From the human T2T-CHM13v2.0 reference genome, Homo sapiens: 64,000 nt of DNA. How positions within the stretch are numbered: position 1 is the first letter of the stretch; the number at the start of each line of letters is the position of its first letter. Of this stretch, positions 38,745 to 53,963 are shown in pieces. The translations under genes and the position numbers were made by a program. The stretch is taken from the NCBI RefSeq assembly GCF_009914755.1, contig NC_060947.1. The stretch is one strand, 5' to 3'. Below the pieces are notes generated by a model. That model saw only the letters and a list, made by a program, of their open reading frames with translations, did no database searches and had not been told where the DNA came from.

Positions 38745-41671
38745 TGTATTAATATTTTAGGTAAGATTTGTGTTTGCAGTATATACGAAAAGTTTTTATT
38801 TTAATTCTGTAGTCATTACTTCAAACAAAAATATCTGTGGTCATTACTTTTTTTCTGAAAAAAAAAAAAAAAAAAAAAAAAAAAAGGACACGACCTAAAT
38901 GCTTCAGTCAAAAAATAATGGCTAAGTAAGCTATATTTCCTAAGTCAGCTATACATGCACTTAGTATGCAGCTGTTAAATATTATATTCATGAAGAGTGT
39001 ACAGTAGCATACAAAATAGCTAAATTGTTGTGTTTTGTTTTAATTTTTAATTTATGGGGGTACATAGTAGATGAATATATTTGTGGGCTACAGATATCTA
39101 AGTTGTTAAGTAAAAATATAGGAATTTTTTTTTTCTTTTTCAACTTTTGTTTTAGGTTCAAGGGGTACGTGTGTAAGTTTCTTACATGGGTAAATTGTGT
39201 GTTGCTGGAGTTTGGTATACAAATGATTTCATCACCCAGGTAGTGAGCATAATATGTGATAAGCAATTTTTTAACACCAACTCTCACCTTCCTCCTATCC
39301 TCCACCCTCCACCACAAGACCCTGGTGTTTTTTGTTCCCCTCTTTGTGTCCATGTGTACTCAGTGTTTAGCTCCCACTTATAAGTGAGAAAATGTGATAT
39401 GTGGTTTTCAGTTCTTGTGTTAATTTGCTTAGGTTAATGGCCTCAGGCTCCATCCATGTTGCTGCAAAGGACATGTTTCATTCTTTTTTATGGCTGTGTA
39501 GTATTCCGTGGTGTATGTGTACCACATTTCCTTTATCCAGTCCACCATTAATGGGCATCTAGGTTGATCCCATGTCTTTGTTATGGTGAATAATGATGCA
39601 ATGAACATAGGAGTGCATGTGTCTTTTTGGTAGAATGATTTATATTCCTTTTGGTATAGATCCAACAATGGGATTGCTGGGTCCCCATGCATACCAAACA
39701 GAATGGTAGTTCTGTTTTAAGTTCTTTGAGAAATCTCCAAACTCTTTTACACAGTGGCTGAACTAATTTACATTCTTACCAGCAGTGTAAGCATGCCCTT
39801 TTCTCTGCAACCTCACCAACATCTGTTATTTTCTTCTTATTAATAGCCATTCTGACTGATGTGAGATGATATCTCATTGTAGTTTTGATTTGCATTTCTG
39901 ATGAGTGATGTTGAACATTTTTTCAAATGTTTGTTGGCCACAAGTATGTGTTCTTTTGAGAAGCATCTGATCAAGTCCTTTGCTCATAATTTTTTTTTAA
40001 TAGGGGTGTTTGCTTTTTGCTTGTTAATTTAAATTCCTTTTAGATTCTGGATATTTGACCTTTGTTGGATGCATCATTTGTAAATATTTTCTCCCATTCC
40101 ATAGGTTGTCTCTTTACACTGTTAATAGTTTATTTGCTGTGCAAAAGCTGTTCAGTTTAATTGGATCCCTTTTATCAATTTTTGCTTTTGTTGTAATTGC
40201 TTTTGGCATCTTCATCATGGAATCTTTGCCTGTTCCCATGTCCAGAATGGTATTGCCTAGGTGGTCTTCCAGGGCTTTTATAAATTGGGGTTTTACATTT
40301 AAGTATTTAATCAACTTTGAGTTGATTTTTGTATGGTGTAAGAAAGGGGTCCAGTTTCAATCTTCTGCATATGGCTAGCCAGTTATCCCAGCACCATTTA
40401 CTGAATAGGGACTGCTTTCCCCATTGACTGTTATTGTCATCTTTGTTGAAGATGAGATGACTGTATGTGTGCAGCTTTATTTCTGGGTTCTCTAACATAT
40501 TCCTTTGGTTTATGTATCTGTTTTTATACCAATACCATGCTGCTTTGGCTACCATGGCCTTATAGTATTGCTTGCAGTCAGGTAGTGTGATGCCTCTGGC
40601 TTTGTTGTTATCACTTAGGATTTTTTCAGCTATTCAGGTTCCTTTTTGGTCCCATATGAATTTTAGAATAGTTTTTTCTAATTCTGTGAAGAATATCATT
40701 TGGTAGTTTTTGACAATAATATCAATGAACCTCTAAATTGCTTTGGGCAGTATGGCCATTTTAACAGTTCTGATTCTTCCTTTCCCTGAGCATGGAATGT
40801 TTTTCCATTTGTTTGTGTAGTCTCCGATTTCTCTCAGCAGTGTTTTGTAATTCTTGTTGTAGAGACCTTTCACCTCCCTGGTTATTTGTATTACTAGATA
40901 TTTTGTTCTTTTTTGGCTATTGTGAATGGTATCATGTTCTTGATTTGGCTCTCAGCCTGGATGTTATTAGTGTATAGAAATGCTACTAGTTTTTGTACTT
41001 TAATTTTGTATCCTGAAACATTACTTAAGCTTTGTTTTAATCAGTTATAGTAGCCCTGGGGCAGTGACTATGGAGTTTTCTAGGTATAGAATAATATTGT
41101 CTGTGAATAGAGATAGTTTGACTTTCTCTGTTCCTATTCGGATACCATTCATTTCTTTCTCTTGTCTGATTGCTCTGGCTAGCACTTCCAGTATTATGTT
41201 GAATAGGAGTACTGAGGGTGGATATCCTTGTCCTGTTCTGGTTCTCAAGGGAAATGATTTCAGCTTTTTCCTGTTCAGTATGATGTTGGCTGTGGGTTTC
41301 TCATAGATAGTTCTTATTATTTTGAGGTATGTTCCTTTGATGTACAGTGGGTTGAGGATTTTTAACATGAAGTGATGTTGAATTCTATCAAAAGCCCTTT
41401 CTGTGTCTACTGAGATGATCATGTGGTTTTTGTTTTTAGTTCTGTTTATGTGATGAGCTACATTTATTAATTTGCATATGTTGAAGCAACCTTGCATCCC
41501 AGGAATAAAGCCTACTTGATCATGGCATATTAGCTGGTTGATGTGCTAATGGATTTTGGTTTGCTAAGATGTTGTTGAGGATTTTTGCTTCTATGTTCAT
41601 TAGGTATTCTGGCCTGAAGTTTTCTTTTTTGTTGTGTCTGTGCCAGGTTTTGGTGTCAGAATGATGCTGGC

Positions 41672-41794
41672 CTACTCAGGAAGCTGAGGTGGTAGGATCA
41701 CTTGAGCACAGGAGGTTGAGGCAGCAGTGAGCTGTGATCACATCACTGCACTCCAGCCTGGACAACACAATGAGACACTGTCTCAAAAAAAAAT
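41672..41794 (+). mobile_element. 5'-truncated AluJ right arm inserted into the old L1
   Basis: TSD AAT(G/A)ATGCTGGC (41660-41671/41795-41806). Confidence 0.9.
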
Positions 41795-43885
41795 AATAAT
41801 GCTGGCTTCATAGAATGAGTTAGGGAAGAGTCTCTCCTCCTTGATTTTTTGAATCATTTCAGTAGGCTTAACACAAGCTCTTCACTATATTTCTGGTAAA
41901 ATTTGGCTGTGAATCTGTCTGGTCTAGGGCTTTTTCTGGCTAGTAGGTTTTTATTACCAATTTAATTTCAGAACTCATTATTCATCTGTTCAGGATTTCA
42001 ACTTGTTCCTGGTTCAATCTTGTCAGGTTGTATGTTTCCAGGAATTTATTCATTTCTTCTGTTTCTAGCTTGTGTGCATAGAGGTGTTGTTAATAGTTTC
42101 TGAGGTTTTTTTTTTTTGGATATCTGTGGGGTCATAGATAATGTCATCTATGTCATTTCTGATTGTGTTTATTTGGATCTTCTCTCTTTTTTCTTTAATA
42201 ATCTAGTGGCTATTAATCTTATTTTTTTCATAAAACCTACTTTTGGTTTTGTTGGTCTTTTGTATGGATTTTCTCATCTCAATTTCATTCAGTTCAGCTC
42301 TGATTTTTAGTACTAAACTTCCTCTTAACACTGCTTTAGTTGTGTCCCAGAGATTCTGATATGCTGAATCTTTGTTTTCATTAGATTCAAAGAATTTTTT
42401 ATTTCTGTCATAATTTCATTCTTTACCCAAAAGCCATTCAGGAGCAGGTTGTTTCATTTCCATATAATTGTATAATTTTGAGAGATCTGCTCGGGATTTA
42501 TTTCTATTTTTATTGCATTGTGGTCCAACAGTGTAGTTGGTATGATTTTGATTTTTTAAAATTCGTTGAGAATTGGTTTATGGAAGAGTGTGTGGCCATT
42601 TGTGTAGATAAGCAGAATGTATATTCTATTATTGCTGGGTGGGATGTTCTGTAGATGTCTTTTAGGTCCATTTGGTCAAGTGTCAAGTTTAGGTCCTGGA
42701 TATGTTTGTTAGTTCTCTGCTTCAATAATCTAACAAGCTCAGTGAGGTCTTGAAGTCTCCAACTATTATTGTGTGGTTACTTAAGTCACCTCCTAGGTCT
42801 CTAAGAACTTACTTTACGAATCTATGTGCTCTAGTGTTAGGCACATATATATTTAGGATAGTTAAGTCCTCTTATTGAATTGAATGCTTTATCATTTATG
42901 TGATGTCTTTGTCTTTTTGATCATTGGTTGTTTAAAGTCTTCTTTGTCTGAAATAAGAATAGCAATCCCCCTCTTTTTTGTTTTCTGTTTTCTTGGTAGA
43001 TCTTTCTCCATCCCTTTACTTTGAACCTATGGGTGTCATTGCATATACGATGGGTCTCTTGGAGACAGCATATAGTTGGATCTTGCTTCTTTATCCAACT
43101 TGCCACTCCTTATCTTTTAAGTGGGACATTTAACCATTTATTTTCACGTTAATAATCACATTTGTGGATTTGATCATGTCATCGTGTTGTTAGCTGGTTG
43201 TTATGAGACTTGATTGTATAGTTCCTTTACAATGTCAATGACCTATGTACTTAAGTATGTTTTTGTGGTGACCTGTACTGGTCTTTTGTTTTAATGTTCA
43301 CAGTGCATTAGAGAACTCATGTAAGGCAAGTCTGGTGGTAATTAATTCCCTTAGTGTTTTCTTGTCCGGGCTGGATTTTATTTCTCCTTCACTTATGAAG
43401 CTTAGTTTGGCTAGATATAAAACTATTAGTTGGACTTTCTTTTCTTTAATAATGCTGAATGTAGGGCTGCAATCTTTTCTGGCTTGTAAAGTTTCTGGTA
43501 AAGGTCGACTCTTTGCCCAGTGGGGTTCCCTTTGTATGTGATGTGCCCCTGTTCTCTGACTGCCTTTGATATTTCGTGTTGTGTTGACTTTGGTGAATCT
43601 AGTGACTATGTTTCTTGGGGTTGTTTGTCTTGTATAGTGTCTCCCAGGGATTCTCTGAATTCCCTGAATTTGCATATCAACCTGTCTTGCAAGGCTGGGG
43701 AAATTTTTTGGACAATATTCTCAGATATATTTTCCTTGTTGTTTGCTCTCTCTCCCTCTCTTTCAGGGACTCCAATGAATCACAGGTTTGACAGGTTTGG
43801 TCTCTATACATAATCCCATATTTCCAGCAGGTTTTGTTCATTTTTTAAATTTTCCTGCCTTCATTTTTTCTGAGTGAGTTGTCCT

Positions 43886-44009
43886 CAAGATCTAACATTC
43901 TTTCCTTGGTTTGGTCTATTTTGTTAGTAATGCTTCCTATTGCATTCCAAGATCTAACATTCTTTCCTTGGTTTGGTCTATTTTGTTAGTAATGCTTCCT
44001 ATTGCATTC
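43886..44009. repeat. Perfect 62-bp tandem duplication in L1 ORF1 region
   Basis: CAAGATCTAACATTC...CCTATTGCATTC x2, identical copies. Confidence 0.95.
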
Positions 44010-44929
44010 CAAAATTCCTGTGTTGAAGTTTTCATTTCCAGAAGTTCAGTTTGGCTCTTTCTTAAAATGGCCATGCTATCTTTCAACTCTTGGACCATTG
44101 TACTGTGTTCCTTGGATTGGGTTTTAACCTTCTCCTCTTTGTTGACGAGCTTCCTTGCCACCCAGATTCTGAATTCTATCTGTCATTTTAGCCATTTCAG
44201 TCTGGTTGAGAACCATTCTTAGAAATCTAGTGTGGTCATTTGAAGGTAAGAAGGCACTCTGGCTTTTAGAGTTGCCAGAGTTCTTGCTCTGGTTCTTTCT
44301 CATCTTTGTGGGCTAATGTTCCTTTGATCTTTGAAGTTGCTACCTTTTGGATAGACTTTTTGCTTTTATATTATTTGGTGCCCTTGAGGGGTTGACTGTG
44401 GAATAAGTTGTGTTTAGTCAATTGGCTTCATTTCTGGGTCCATTGCCAATGCCTTCTTTTCAAAGATCTGTTCAGAGTATTCCAGTCTACTTGATGGTCT
44501 GATCTCTTGGTGGGATAAGCTCTTCCTGGATGCAACTAGTTTTCCACCTTGGCTCTTCCTCCTGCATTGTTTCTATCACATGATCCTAATTGTGTAGTTT
44601 AAACAAATTAGAATACAACTTTAACATATGCCAAAATGTTAATAGTGCCTATCTTTGGGCAATTATATATTTTTACTTCCTGAATTTTCTAAGTTAACTA
44701 GATTTTACTTAATTTTTTTTTATTTCCATAGGTTTTTGGGAACAGGTTGTATTTGGTTACATGAGTAAGTCCTTTAGTGGTGAGCCCATCTAAATTCAAA
44801 CATTATTGAAAAAGAAACTTCTTTTCTATTTTGCTTCTTAGGGAAAGGAAGCACCAGGAGATGGAGTTCTTTTCTACAATATGGTAGCATCCCAAATGTC
44901 GCTATTCATGTTCTGATGGTTTCTAGCTT

Positions 44930-46057
<1,128 letters not shown>

Positions 46058-47934
46058 GTGGCAAGTAAACTTATTGAGTTATCAGTGTTTTGGCCATCCA
46101 CTCTTCACTCCAAGGAGGATTTCATGAGAACCACTTGGAAAACTTTACCTATATCTCTGCAGTTTGAGTGCTAAAAGGAATCAGTATTTGAGTCCCACTT
46201 GTGGAAGACTGAGGGAACAAATTGTGACTAAAGTAGCTCTGGCCTGGTGGCAAAATTATAATATGGCTGCGTTTAAAACAAACTGCACTTTCACTGAAAG
46301 TATGAGAAATGTGTGAGTATTCCTGTGTAACAAGTGTCATTCCAACAGAAGGGGGCTATTCTGCGCTAACATTACAATGGACCCCATACAAGAGTGCTCA
46401 GAAAGCATTAAGATCCCATCAGAAAGTAAGACCATTAGAAGCATTGAAACTGAGGGGGACCTCAAAAGTAATAGCTAAAGGGGGCATTGTCCATAGTAAG
46501 ATGTTACCAGTAAGGGATCATGAAGGAACCTGCTTAAGCACCCTCTGAGAGAAGGAGTTGCCAATTTTTTATCTGCTGTGTTGAGGGTCCTGATTTCAGA
46601 TGGCAACTATACCAGTTGCTAAGTCATCTTAACTTTTTTTCTTCCTTTCTGCTCTATATTCCTATAGGTGCTGAAAGGAGTATTTAGTGTGCAGGATAAA
46701 GGGTGGGGAAAGAAAAGAGTGAAGATGACTATAGGCTTCTTCACCTGAGGCAGGCCAGAACTAAGGAAAGGGGAGACCTTCATCAAAGGGTACAAAATTT
46801 CAGTCAGACACAGGGAATAAGAGATAAAAGTTTTGAATTAAGTAAAGATTCAAGTTTTGATATTACATCATGTAAACTTTCAATGACAGAAACTGAACAT
46901 ATCTCACATGTGAAAGAAATCCCCAAAGCTGTGAGATCTTCCCAAGATATCCTAAGAGATGGGAAAAAATAATTCCTTCAAGTAGATTTAAAAGATCAGT
47001 GGGAAAAAGAATAAAGCAGCTTTCTACTTCTGACCTATAAAATCAAATTCATTCAATAAGCTTACTTGCCACTAATAGTGTTGGATCAGAATTCTTACCA
47101 AAGATTTTCCAGTTTTCACCTAAGTGGGTCTCCCATTGTTTGCAACATAGGCCTTACCAGTCTTCACAGGGATGCACCATGAGCATCACATAGCCTTTCC
47201 ATCCAACTGTCCTTGCTCCTGCCCATCTTGTTGTCAAAAAAGGGTGCTTTTCGGAGCATCCTCAAGACAATTCTAAGATCAAAGGGGACACCTAGACATT
47301 TGGAAAGGTGGTGAAATGGAGCCCTAAACCTTGGATATTCAATTGCACACAGTCAAGCCCCTTAATCTGGGGCAGTGGAGAGTGTATACTCTGAACACAC
47401 CAGCTCAGGCTGGTTTCTGTCTCCTACAAGCAGTTGGCTTAATTAATTTATCCAATGAATCCATTTGTCAGTCTTTGATGGGAATATGAAGGAGGCTTTA
47501 TGGAAAAGTCAATTTGTTCAGTTGGCTTCAATATTCTAGATAGAAAGCCCACATCACTTATTAACTTGTTACAAGCAAGTTGCATTAACAGAGTCTGTAG
47601 AACGCAAAAGTCTATTTTATTAAATCTTTTTTTAGTTATTCATAATTATTTATTATCAGCTTGCTTTGCATCAGGGACTCCTGTAGGCATGGAAGATATA
47701 GCAGTGAATAATACAGATAAAATGACTGTCCTTCTGGAATCTATGTTATTGTAGATGGAGATGGGGAAAAGACAACAGAAAATTAAGATAGTAAATATAA
47801 AGAAAGTATACAATGCAAAATAATGAGATATGTTATGATGAAAACAACTGCAGAAAAATAAGGTCATGGGATATATATAATAGGAATGTGTGCTTGGGGA
47901 ATGGTACAACAGTTTAGACCCCTCGAGGAGCATT

Positions 47935-48196
47935 GGCAGCAATGACATCAATCAGTGTTAGCAGCTGGAACTGTGGGGAACTTGGTGGAGGAAACTTCCA
48001 CTTGCCAGAAGTGGTGAGCACTTCCAGATCCTAGCAGCAAAGAATGGTAACAACTCCTTTATCTCTAGGAAACATCTACTTCTCCCCTTTAACACCTTTG
48101 TAACACCCTTGTAACCAATTCTCTGCATTAAATCCCTCTCTGCCTAAAATACTTAGAGTGATTTACGTTTCTGAAACAGAACTTCACTGGTAATAC
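47935..48196 (+). mobile_element. LTR33-like 3' portion
   Basis: TGTAACCAATTCTCTGCATTAAATCCCTCT...AAAATACTTAGAGTG; recalled consensus. Confidence 0.5.
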
Positions 48197-48349
48197 CTTG
48201 GAAGAGCAAAGATCCTCCTAGCCTTTAGAAGTAGATAAAATCAGGGTTCTCTTTTTCTGTCTCTTATATTTGCCACCTCTGTAGGGTGGCCTCACTTTTT
48301 ATCTCTAAAGAAACACTGCTTTCATGAAATAGTCCTTAAATCTGGTAAT

Positions 48350-48585
48350 TAGCAGTAGTGTGTACTGGTTAAGAATATGTACTCTTGAATCAAACTGCCT
48401 TGATTCAAATCCTGGCTCTACCAGGAGCTGTATGACCTCAGGCAAGTTGTTGAATCTCTTTTGCCACAGATTCTTCATCTGCAAAATGGGAATATTAATG
48501 ATTCTACTTCATAGGAGTTTGTGAGAATACATTAGATTCTGTATATAAAGTTCTTAGAATAATCTATGGCACATAGCACGTATAA
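48350..48585 (+). mobile_element. MIR SINE
   Basis: GGTTAAGA...TTCAAATCCTGGCTCTACC...TGACCTCAGGCAAGTT...TCATCTGCAAAATGGG. Confidence 0.85.
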
Positions 48586-48629
48586 AAGTGGCTGGGAAAA
48601 AGAATTTGCTTTTTCTTTTAATAGAAATT

Positions 48630-49990
48630 GAAAATTTTTCCATGTTAATGGATTGGAAGATGTAATATTGTTAAGATGGCAATACTACTCAAACTGATCT
48701 ACAGATTTATCACAATCTTGGTCAACATCACAGCTGATTATTTTGTAAGAATTGACAAGGTAGTCCTAAAATTCACATGGAAATACAAAGGGACCCAGAA
48801 CAGCCAAAGCAGTATTGAAAAAAAAAAAAAGAAGTTGAAGGATTCACACTTCCTGATTTTGAAGCTTACTACAAACCTACAGTAATAAAGGATTTGTCGT
48901 ACTAGTAGAAGGATAGACATATAGCTCAATATGTACTTACATTTGTGGTCAATTAATTTTCAACAAGGGTGTGTAGACTGTTAAATGGAAAAGAATAGTT
49001 TTTTCAACAAATGGTGCTTGGACAACTGGATGTCCACATGCTAAAGAATGAAGTTGAACCCCTACCACACATCATATGCAAAAATTAACTCAAAATAAAT
49101 AATGACCTAAATGTAAGAGCTACAACTATAAAACTCTTAGAAGAAAGTGTAAGGGCAAATATTCATTAGCTTGAGTTAGGCGATGCTTTCTTAGTTATGA
49201 CACTTAAAGCACAAAATCAAAAGAAAAATAGTTAAAATGAACATTGAAATTAAAGTATTTTGTGCTGCATAGGACACTATCAAGTAAATAAAAAGATAAC
49301 CTACAGAATAGGAGAAAATTTTTGCAAATCATATATCTGATAAGGGATAAGCAACTACAATGTATGAAGACCCCATAATTCAACAATAGAAAGACAAATA
49401 ACTCGTTTTTAAATTGGACAAAGGGTTTGCTCCAAAAACATGTACAAATGACCCTTGAGCATATAAAAAGATGCTCATCATAAGTCATCAAGTAAATTCA
49501 AATAAAAACCACAATCAGATAATCACTTCCTATCTACTGGAATGACTGTAATAAAAATATAGACAATAACAAGTATAAGCAAGGATATGGATGAATTGAA
49601 ACCCTTATATACTGCTACTGGAAATATAAATTAGTACAGTCATTTTGAAAAATATTTTGTCAGTTCCTCAAAATGCTAAATCTAGAGTTACCTTCAGTAC
49701 TTAAACTTTGCCTGGGAGAATAAATAACACTGCTGGCTTGCCTCTTTCAGCAAGTTCTTCCTAATGCATTTCTTAAATTAAGCAATGTGTGTGGTAGCTT
49801 GTCTCTGAGCAGGAGGATTCAATGGAAATACAAACGTTTGCACACAAACCGAACACTTATACATGAAAGTTTATAATGGCTTTATTTATAATTTCCCCAA
49901 ATTGGAAATAACTCAAATGTCCATCAACTCATGAATGGCTAAACAAACTATGATATGTTTATACAATGGAATGTTATTCTTCAATAAAAA
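48630..49990 (+). mobile_element. Old L1M (L1MB-like) ORF2 3' part and 3'UTR fragments
   Basis: MAILLKLIYRF translation; CTTTTCAACAAATGGTGCT-like block. Confidence 0.85.
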
Positions 49991-51119
49991 CTTGTCTTCC
50001 ATGAATACTCACTGCTCTCTGCCCTTTTCTAGGTTTCCCTGAAGGCTCCAGAAGCCCCAGCATGTGAGGACCGTGGCTTAGATGAATGGTTCCCAAATAT
50101 GAAAAGTCTTGCCATGTCAGAATCATCTGGGATCCTTGGCGGGATACATATTCCTGTGAACAACCCTCAGAGAATACAAATGGGTTTGTGATGAGGCCTA
50201 GGAATCAGATTTTAATAGGCTCCACAGGGTTGAGGACTCCTCTAATTCTGTCATGCAGGTTCTGTTAGAAAAAAATGCAGTGGACTGGCTTTTATCATGA
50301 CAGTAGGTACTCAAAGGCACCAAGGACAGAGGGTTTTCTGATTTGAATCAAGTGAACAGAAAGATTGTTATGTATATCTGCAGTTTACCTGTATACTTTG
50401 CTATACCACTTATGAAGTCATTCTAGATTTATTTTTCACACAGATGAGGAAAGTGATGCAAGTGTTATGCAGCAAGTCAGGAACCTCAGAAAGACTTGAA
50501 CTCAACACTTGACTCCCTGTCCAGGGATAAGCCACCACACCCATTGCTTAATTTAAATGATGCATTAGAAAGAACTTGCTGAAAGGGGCAAACCAAGAGG
50601 GTTTATTTTTTTCTCCCAGGTAGGAAAGAGAACCTGCCTGCCTGAATGTTGTGTCCACAGCTAAGATCTCTGCTATCAGCCTCAACCTTAGAGTAGGCTG
50701 AATTCCAGTGCTTTGGAGGCATGGATTCCCTGAGCCCTTGTGAAATGAAAGTTGGCTGCTGTGGAAGAAGAAACTATTATTATGGGTTATTTTTCATTCA
50801 GTATTTAAAGGGTCACCTCTAAGAGCAATGAAAAGTCATTTTTATAATAGCAAAAAAGCTAATAATCTCACCATATAAACACCTAAAAAAGAAAGCAAAT
50901 TATGGCACTATGGACATAATCATGAATATATTATTTGCATTTACTTGCACCTTTTTTTGAGGATAAATTCTTAAAAGTTGTTTTTTTTCAGGCAAAGCAT
51001 TATTTAGATTTCAAGATTTTTTGTCAATAAATAATATTAAAATATTTATATCAATTCACATTTCCACTAACAATGTGGGAGAGTTCATACCTCTCCCACA
51101 TTATTTACAAGGACATTTA

Positions 51120-52200
51120 GAGTTCATAACGCAGCTAATCTCCTACTCATTGGTGAGAGACTGAGCTCTCGCCATAAGATAGGAACAAGATAGAGGTGCC
51201 TGCTTTCACTGTTGCTGTTCAATGTTATAGTGGAAGTTCTAGCTATAACAATTACACTAGAAAAAAAATAAAAAGCATCCAAATTATAAAGGAATAAGTG
51301 AAATTAGACACAGATAACATGATCCTATATGTAGAAAACTGCAAGGAATCCACAAAAAAATCTACTGAAGCTAATAAACAAATTAGGCAAATTTGCAAGG
51401 TACAAGATCAACACACAAAAATCAGTTGTATTTCTACATACCAGCAACATATCATTTCTAAAACTTGCTGAGAAAACAATAGCATCCAAAGGAATAAAAT
51501 ACTTAGGAATAAATGTAACCAAAGAGGTATAAGACTTGTACACTGAAAAAAATACAAAACATTGCTGAATGAAATTAAGGAAGACCTAAATAAATGGAAG
51601 GGCATCCTGGGTTCATGGATTAGAAACTTAATATTGTTAAGATAGAAATACTACCAAAACAACGTACAGATTTAATGCAATCTCTATAAAAATTCCAATC
51701 ACCATTTTTGGAGAAATGGAACAGTCAATCTTCTAATTTGTATGGTATTTCTAGGGGCCCCAAATAGCAAAAATAGCGTTAAAAAGTATAAAGTGAGAGG
51801 ATTCACACTTCCCAATTTCAAAACTTACTACAAAGCTACAGTAATCAAAGCAATGTGGTATTGGCATAAAAATAGATATACAGACCAGTGGAATTAAACA
51901 CATTCCAGAAATAAATTCATACATCTATAGTCAATGGATTTTCCATAAAGTTAGCAGGACTATTCAAAGAGTATTCTCTTCAACAAATAGTTTTAGAACT
52001 ACTGGATATCCACAAGCAAAATAAAATGTTGGACTCTTACCTCACACCAAATAAAAAAATCAACCCAAAATGGATCAATAACCTAAATATAAGAGATAAA
52101 ACTATAAATGTCTTATAAAAAACATAGCAGTAAGTCTTCATAACCTTGGATTTGGCAAAGGATTCTTATATGTGATACCATATGTACAAGCAACAAAATA
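51120..52200 (+). mobile_element. Old L1M ORF2 (RT region) fragment
   Basis: ACAGATAACATGATCCTATATGTAGAAAAC (decayed FADD region); ACTTACTACAAAGCTACAGTAATC. Confidence 0.85.
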
Positions 52201-52379
52201 ATCTTGTAATTGAGAGATTGGAGGCTCACTAAATAGAGAAGAATGACTATGAATTGATACTGATATTATTGTTTAAAAGTTTCAATTAAAAATTAACTTA
52301 TACCTGAGAGGTTTGGGAAAAAATAAAAATAAAAAATAAATTATAAATAACTTAAAACTTGAACAAAATTATCATCATA

Positions 52380-52688
52380 ATTATTATTATTATCATTATT
52401 ATTTGAGACAGAATCTCACTCTGTCACCCAGGCTGGAGTGTGGTGGCACAATCTCGGCTCACTGTAACCTCTGACTCCCAGGTTCAAGCAGTTCTCCCTG
52501 CCTCAGCCTCCTGAGTAGCTGGGATTACAGGTGCCCACCACCACGCCCAGCTAATTTTTGTTATCTGTAGCAGAGACAGTGTTTCGCCATGCTGGCCAGG
52601 CTGGTCTCGAATTCCTGACCTCAGGTGATCCACCCGCCTCAGCCTCCCAAAGTGCCGGGATTAAAGGAGTGAGCCACCGTGCCTGGCC
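52380..52688 (-). mobile_element. AluSx-like with (ATT)n tail
   Basis: CCTGACCTCAGGTGATCCACCCGCC diagnostic. Confidence 0.93.
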
Positions 52689-52894
52689 AATATTATTATT
52701 AAGACTATTTTTATAAAACTCATTGATGCATGCCTCCAAATCAAGGGCCGTTTACCAGTTATCTGCCTTGTCAGGAATCTGGGAATTCTGAGTGTGTGCC
52801 TCATCTAGGTTCCCTCAGATATGTTATCAGAGTTCTCTGGGATGTGGAAATATCATTTCCATTCTCTGTGAGTCAGAGCTATGAAGCCTCTTTT

Positions 52895-52965
52895 CTAAGA
52901 TCCTATATGTTGTCCTAAGATCCTATATGTTGTCCTAAGATCCTATATGTTGTCCTAAGATCCTA
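52895..52965. repeat. Perfect 20-bp minisatellite CTAAGATCCTATATGTTGTC x3.5
   Basis: Seen directly. Confidence 0.97.
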
Positions 52966-53307
52966 CAGTGGGAAACCTGGGATTGGCACCAAGATTGCTC
53001 CCAAATTCCCTGTTCTTGTTTTAACTCCTTATTCCTTAACTATCAATTACAAGTCTAAGAGACAGAAAAGACATTTTGTCCTATTGTTCTATGGCATGGT
53101 ATCACCAGAATACTCATTTCCAGTTCCAGAGACCCAGATCTATGTTCCTCTCCTCCCACTAATGAGCTTTGTTTTCCTTGTATGTAAAGATTATGGAGAG
53201 AGCTTAGGTAATCAGGTTATTTTACCTATTCACATTTTATAATCTAAGGTCTGATACTCACCTCTTGAAATGGGTTACATTTTGTCCCCTCAAAAAAGAT
53301 ATGTTGG

Positions 53308-53963
53308 GGACTGTGTGGAGTGACTCACGCCTGTAATCCCAGTGAAGCAGGAAATGGGATCTGGAGGCAGGAAACATAAGGCCAATTCACACTTCAGCTA
53401 TGACAGGAAATATCTTCTCCACAGGGCATATGCTGAGTAAATGACTTTGTAATTTTACTTCATCCTCTTCATTTACATAGGGCATACTCCAAGTAACCAA
53501 TGGAATCCTCTAGAGGGTATTTAAACTCCCAGAAATTCTGCAACGGGGCCTTTGAGCCCCTATGGCAGGGCCCACTCCCACACTGTCCAGTGTACTTTCA
53601 TTTTCAATAAATTCCTTCATTCCTCCCTTGCTTTGTTTGTGCGTTTTGTCCAATTGCTTGTTCAAGATGCCAATAACCTGGACACTCTCCACCAGTAACA
53701 CCAGCACTTTGAGAGGCTGAGGCTGGAGGATCACATGAGGCCAGGAGTTCAAGACAAGCCTGGGCAACAAAGCAAGACCACATCTCTACAAAAAATAAAA
53801 TAAGTAACTTTGCATGGTAGTACATGCCTGTACTCCTAGCTGCTCTGGAGGCTGAGGCAAGAGGATTGCCTGAGCCTGGAAGTTCAAGGTTTCAGTGAGC
53901 TGTGATAGTGTTATGGCACTTCAGCTTGGGTGACAGAGTGAGATCCTGTCTCTAAAGTTTTTT
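53308..53963 (+). mobile_element. AluJ, split by an ERV1 LTR
   Basis: Alu 5' end to CTGTAATCCCAG, resumes CACTTTG at 53705; TSD AAAAAGATATGTTGG/AAAAAGTTGTGTTGG. Confidence 0.9.
53343..53700 (+). mobile_element. MER61A-like ERV1 solo LTR
   Basis: TG...CA termini, 358 bp, TCTGGAGGCAGGAAACATAAGGCCAATTCACACTTCAGCTATGACAGG; perfect 4-bp TSD CCAG. Confidence 0.85.

Larger units (their letters stand above)
39125..44556 (-). mobile_element. Old primate L1 (L1PA15/16-like), near full length with internal deletions
   Basis: Poly-T and 3'UTR at 39125, many minus-strand ORF2/ORF1 fragments in the track, and a 5'-end-like GAGCCAAGGTGG at about 44555. No TSD found. Confidence 0.88.

Noticed and set aside
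38858-38885. Orphan A28 tract as a retrocopy tail
   Set aside because: No TSD or upstream cDNA; it lies within an old L1M-like 3' region, so slippage expansion is more likely.
44052-44072. GGCTCTTTCTTAAAATGGCC as another histone stem-loop
   Set aside because: No 6-bp stem, and it lies inside L1 ORF1-region sequence.
46628-46710. Strong splice-acceptor-like site (CTTAAC, pyrimidine tract, TAG at 46665-46667); similar site near 50031
   Set aside because: No recognisable coding frame or partner exons; cannot be supported without transcript data.
52895-52965. CRISPR-like array
   Set aside because: Head-to-tail repeats without spacers, in primate DNA.
53400-53500. p53 response element in the MER61-like LTR
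   Set aside because: GGGCATATGC and GGGCATACTC do not fit RRRCWWGYYY; no paired half-sites seen.
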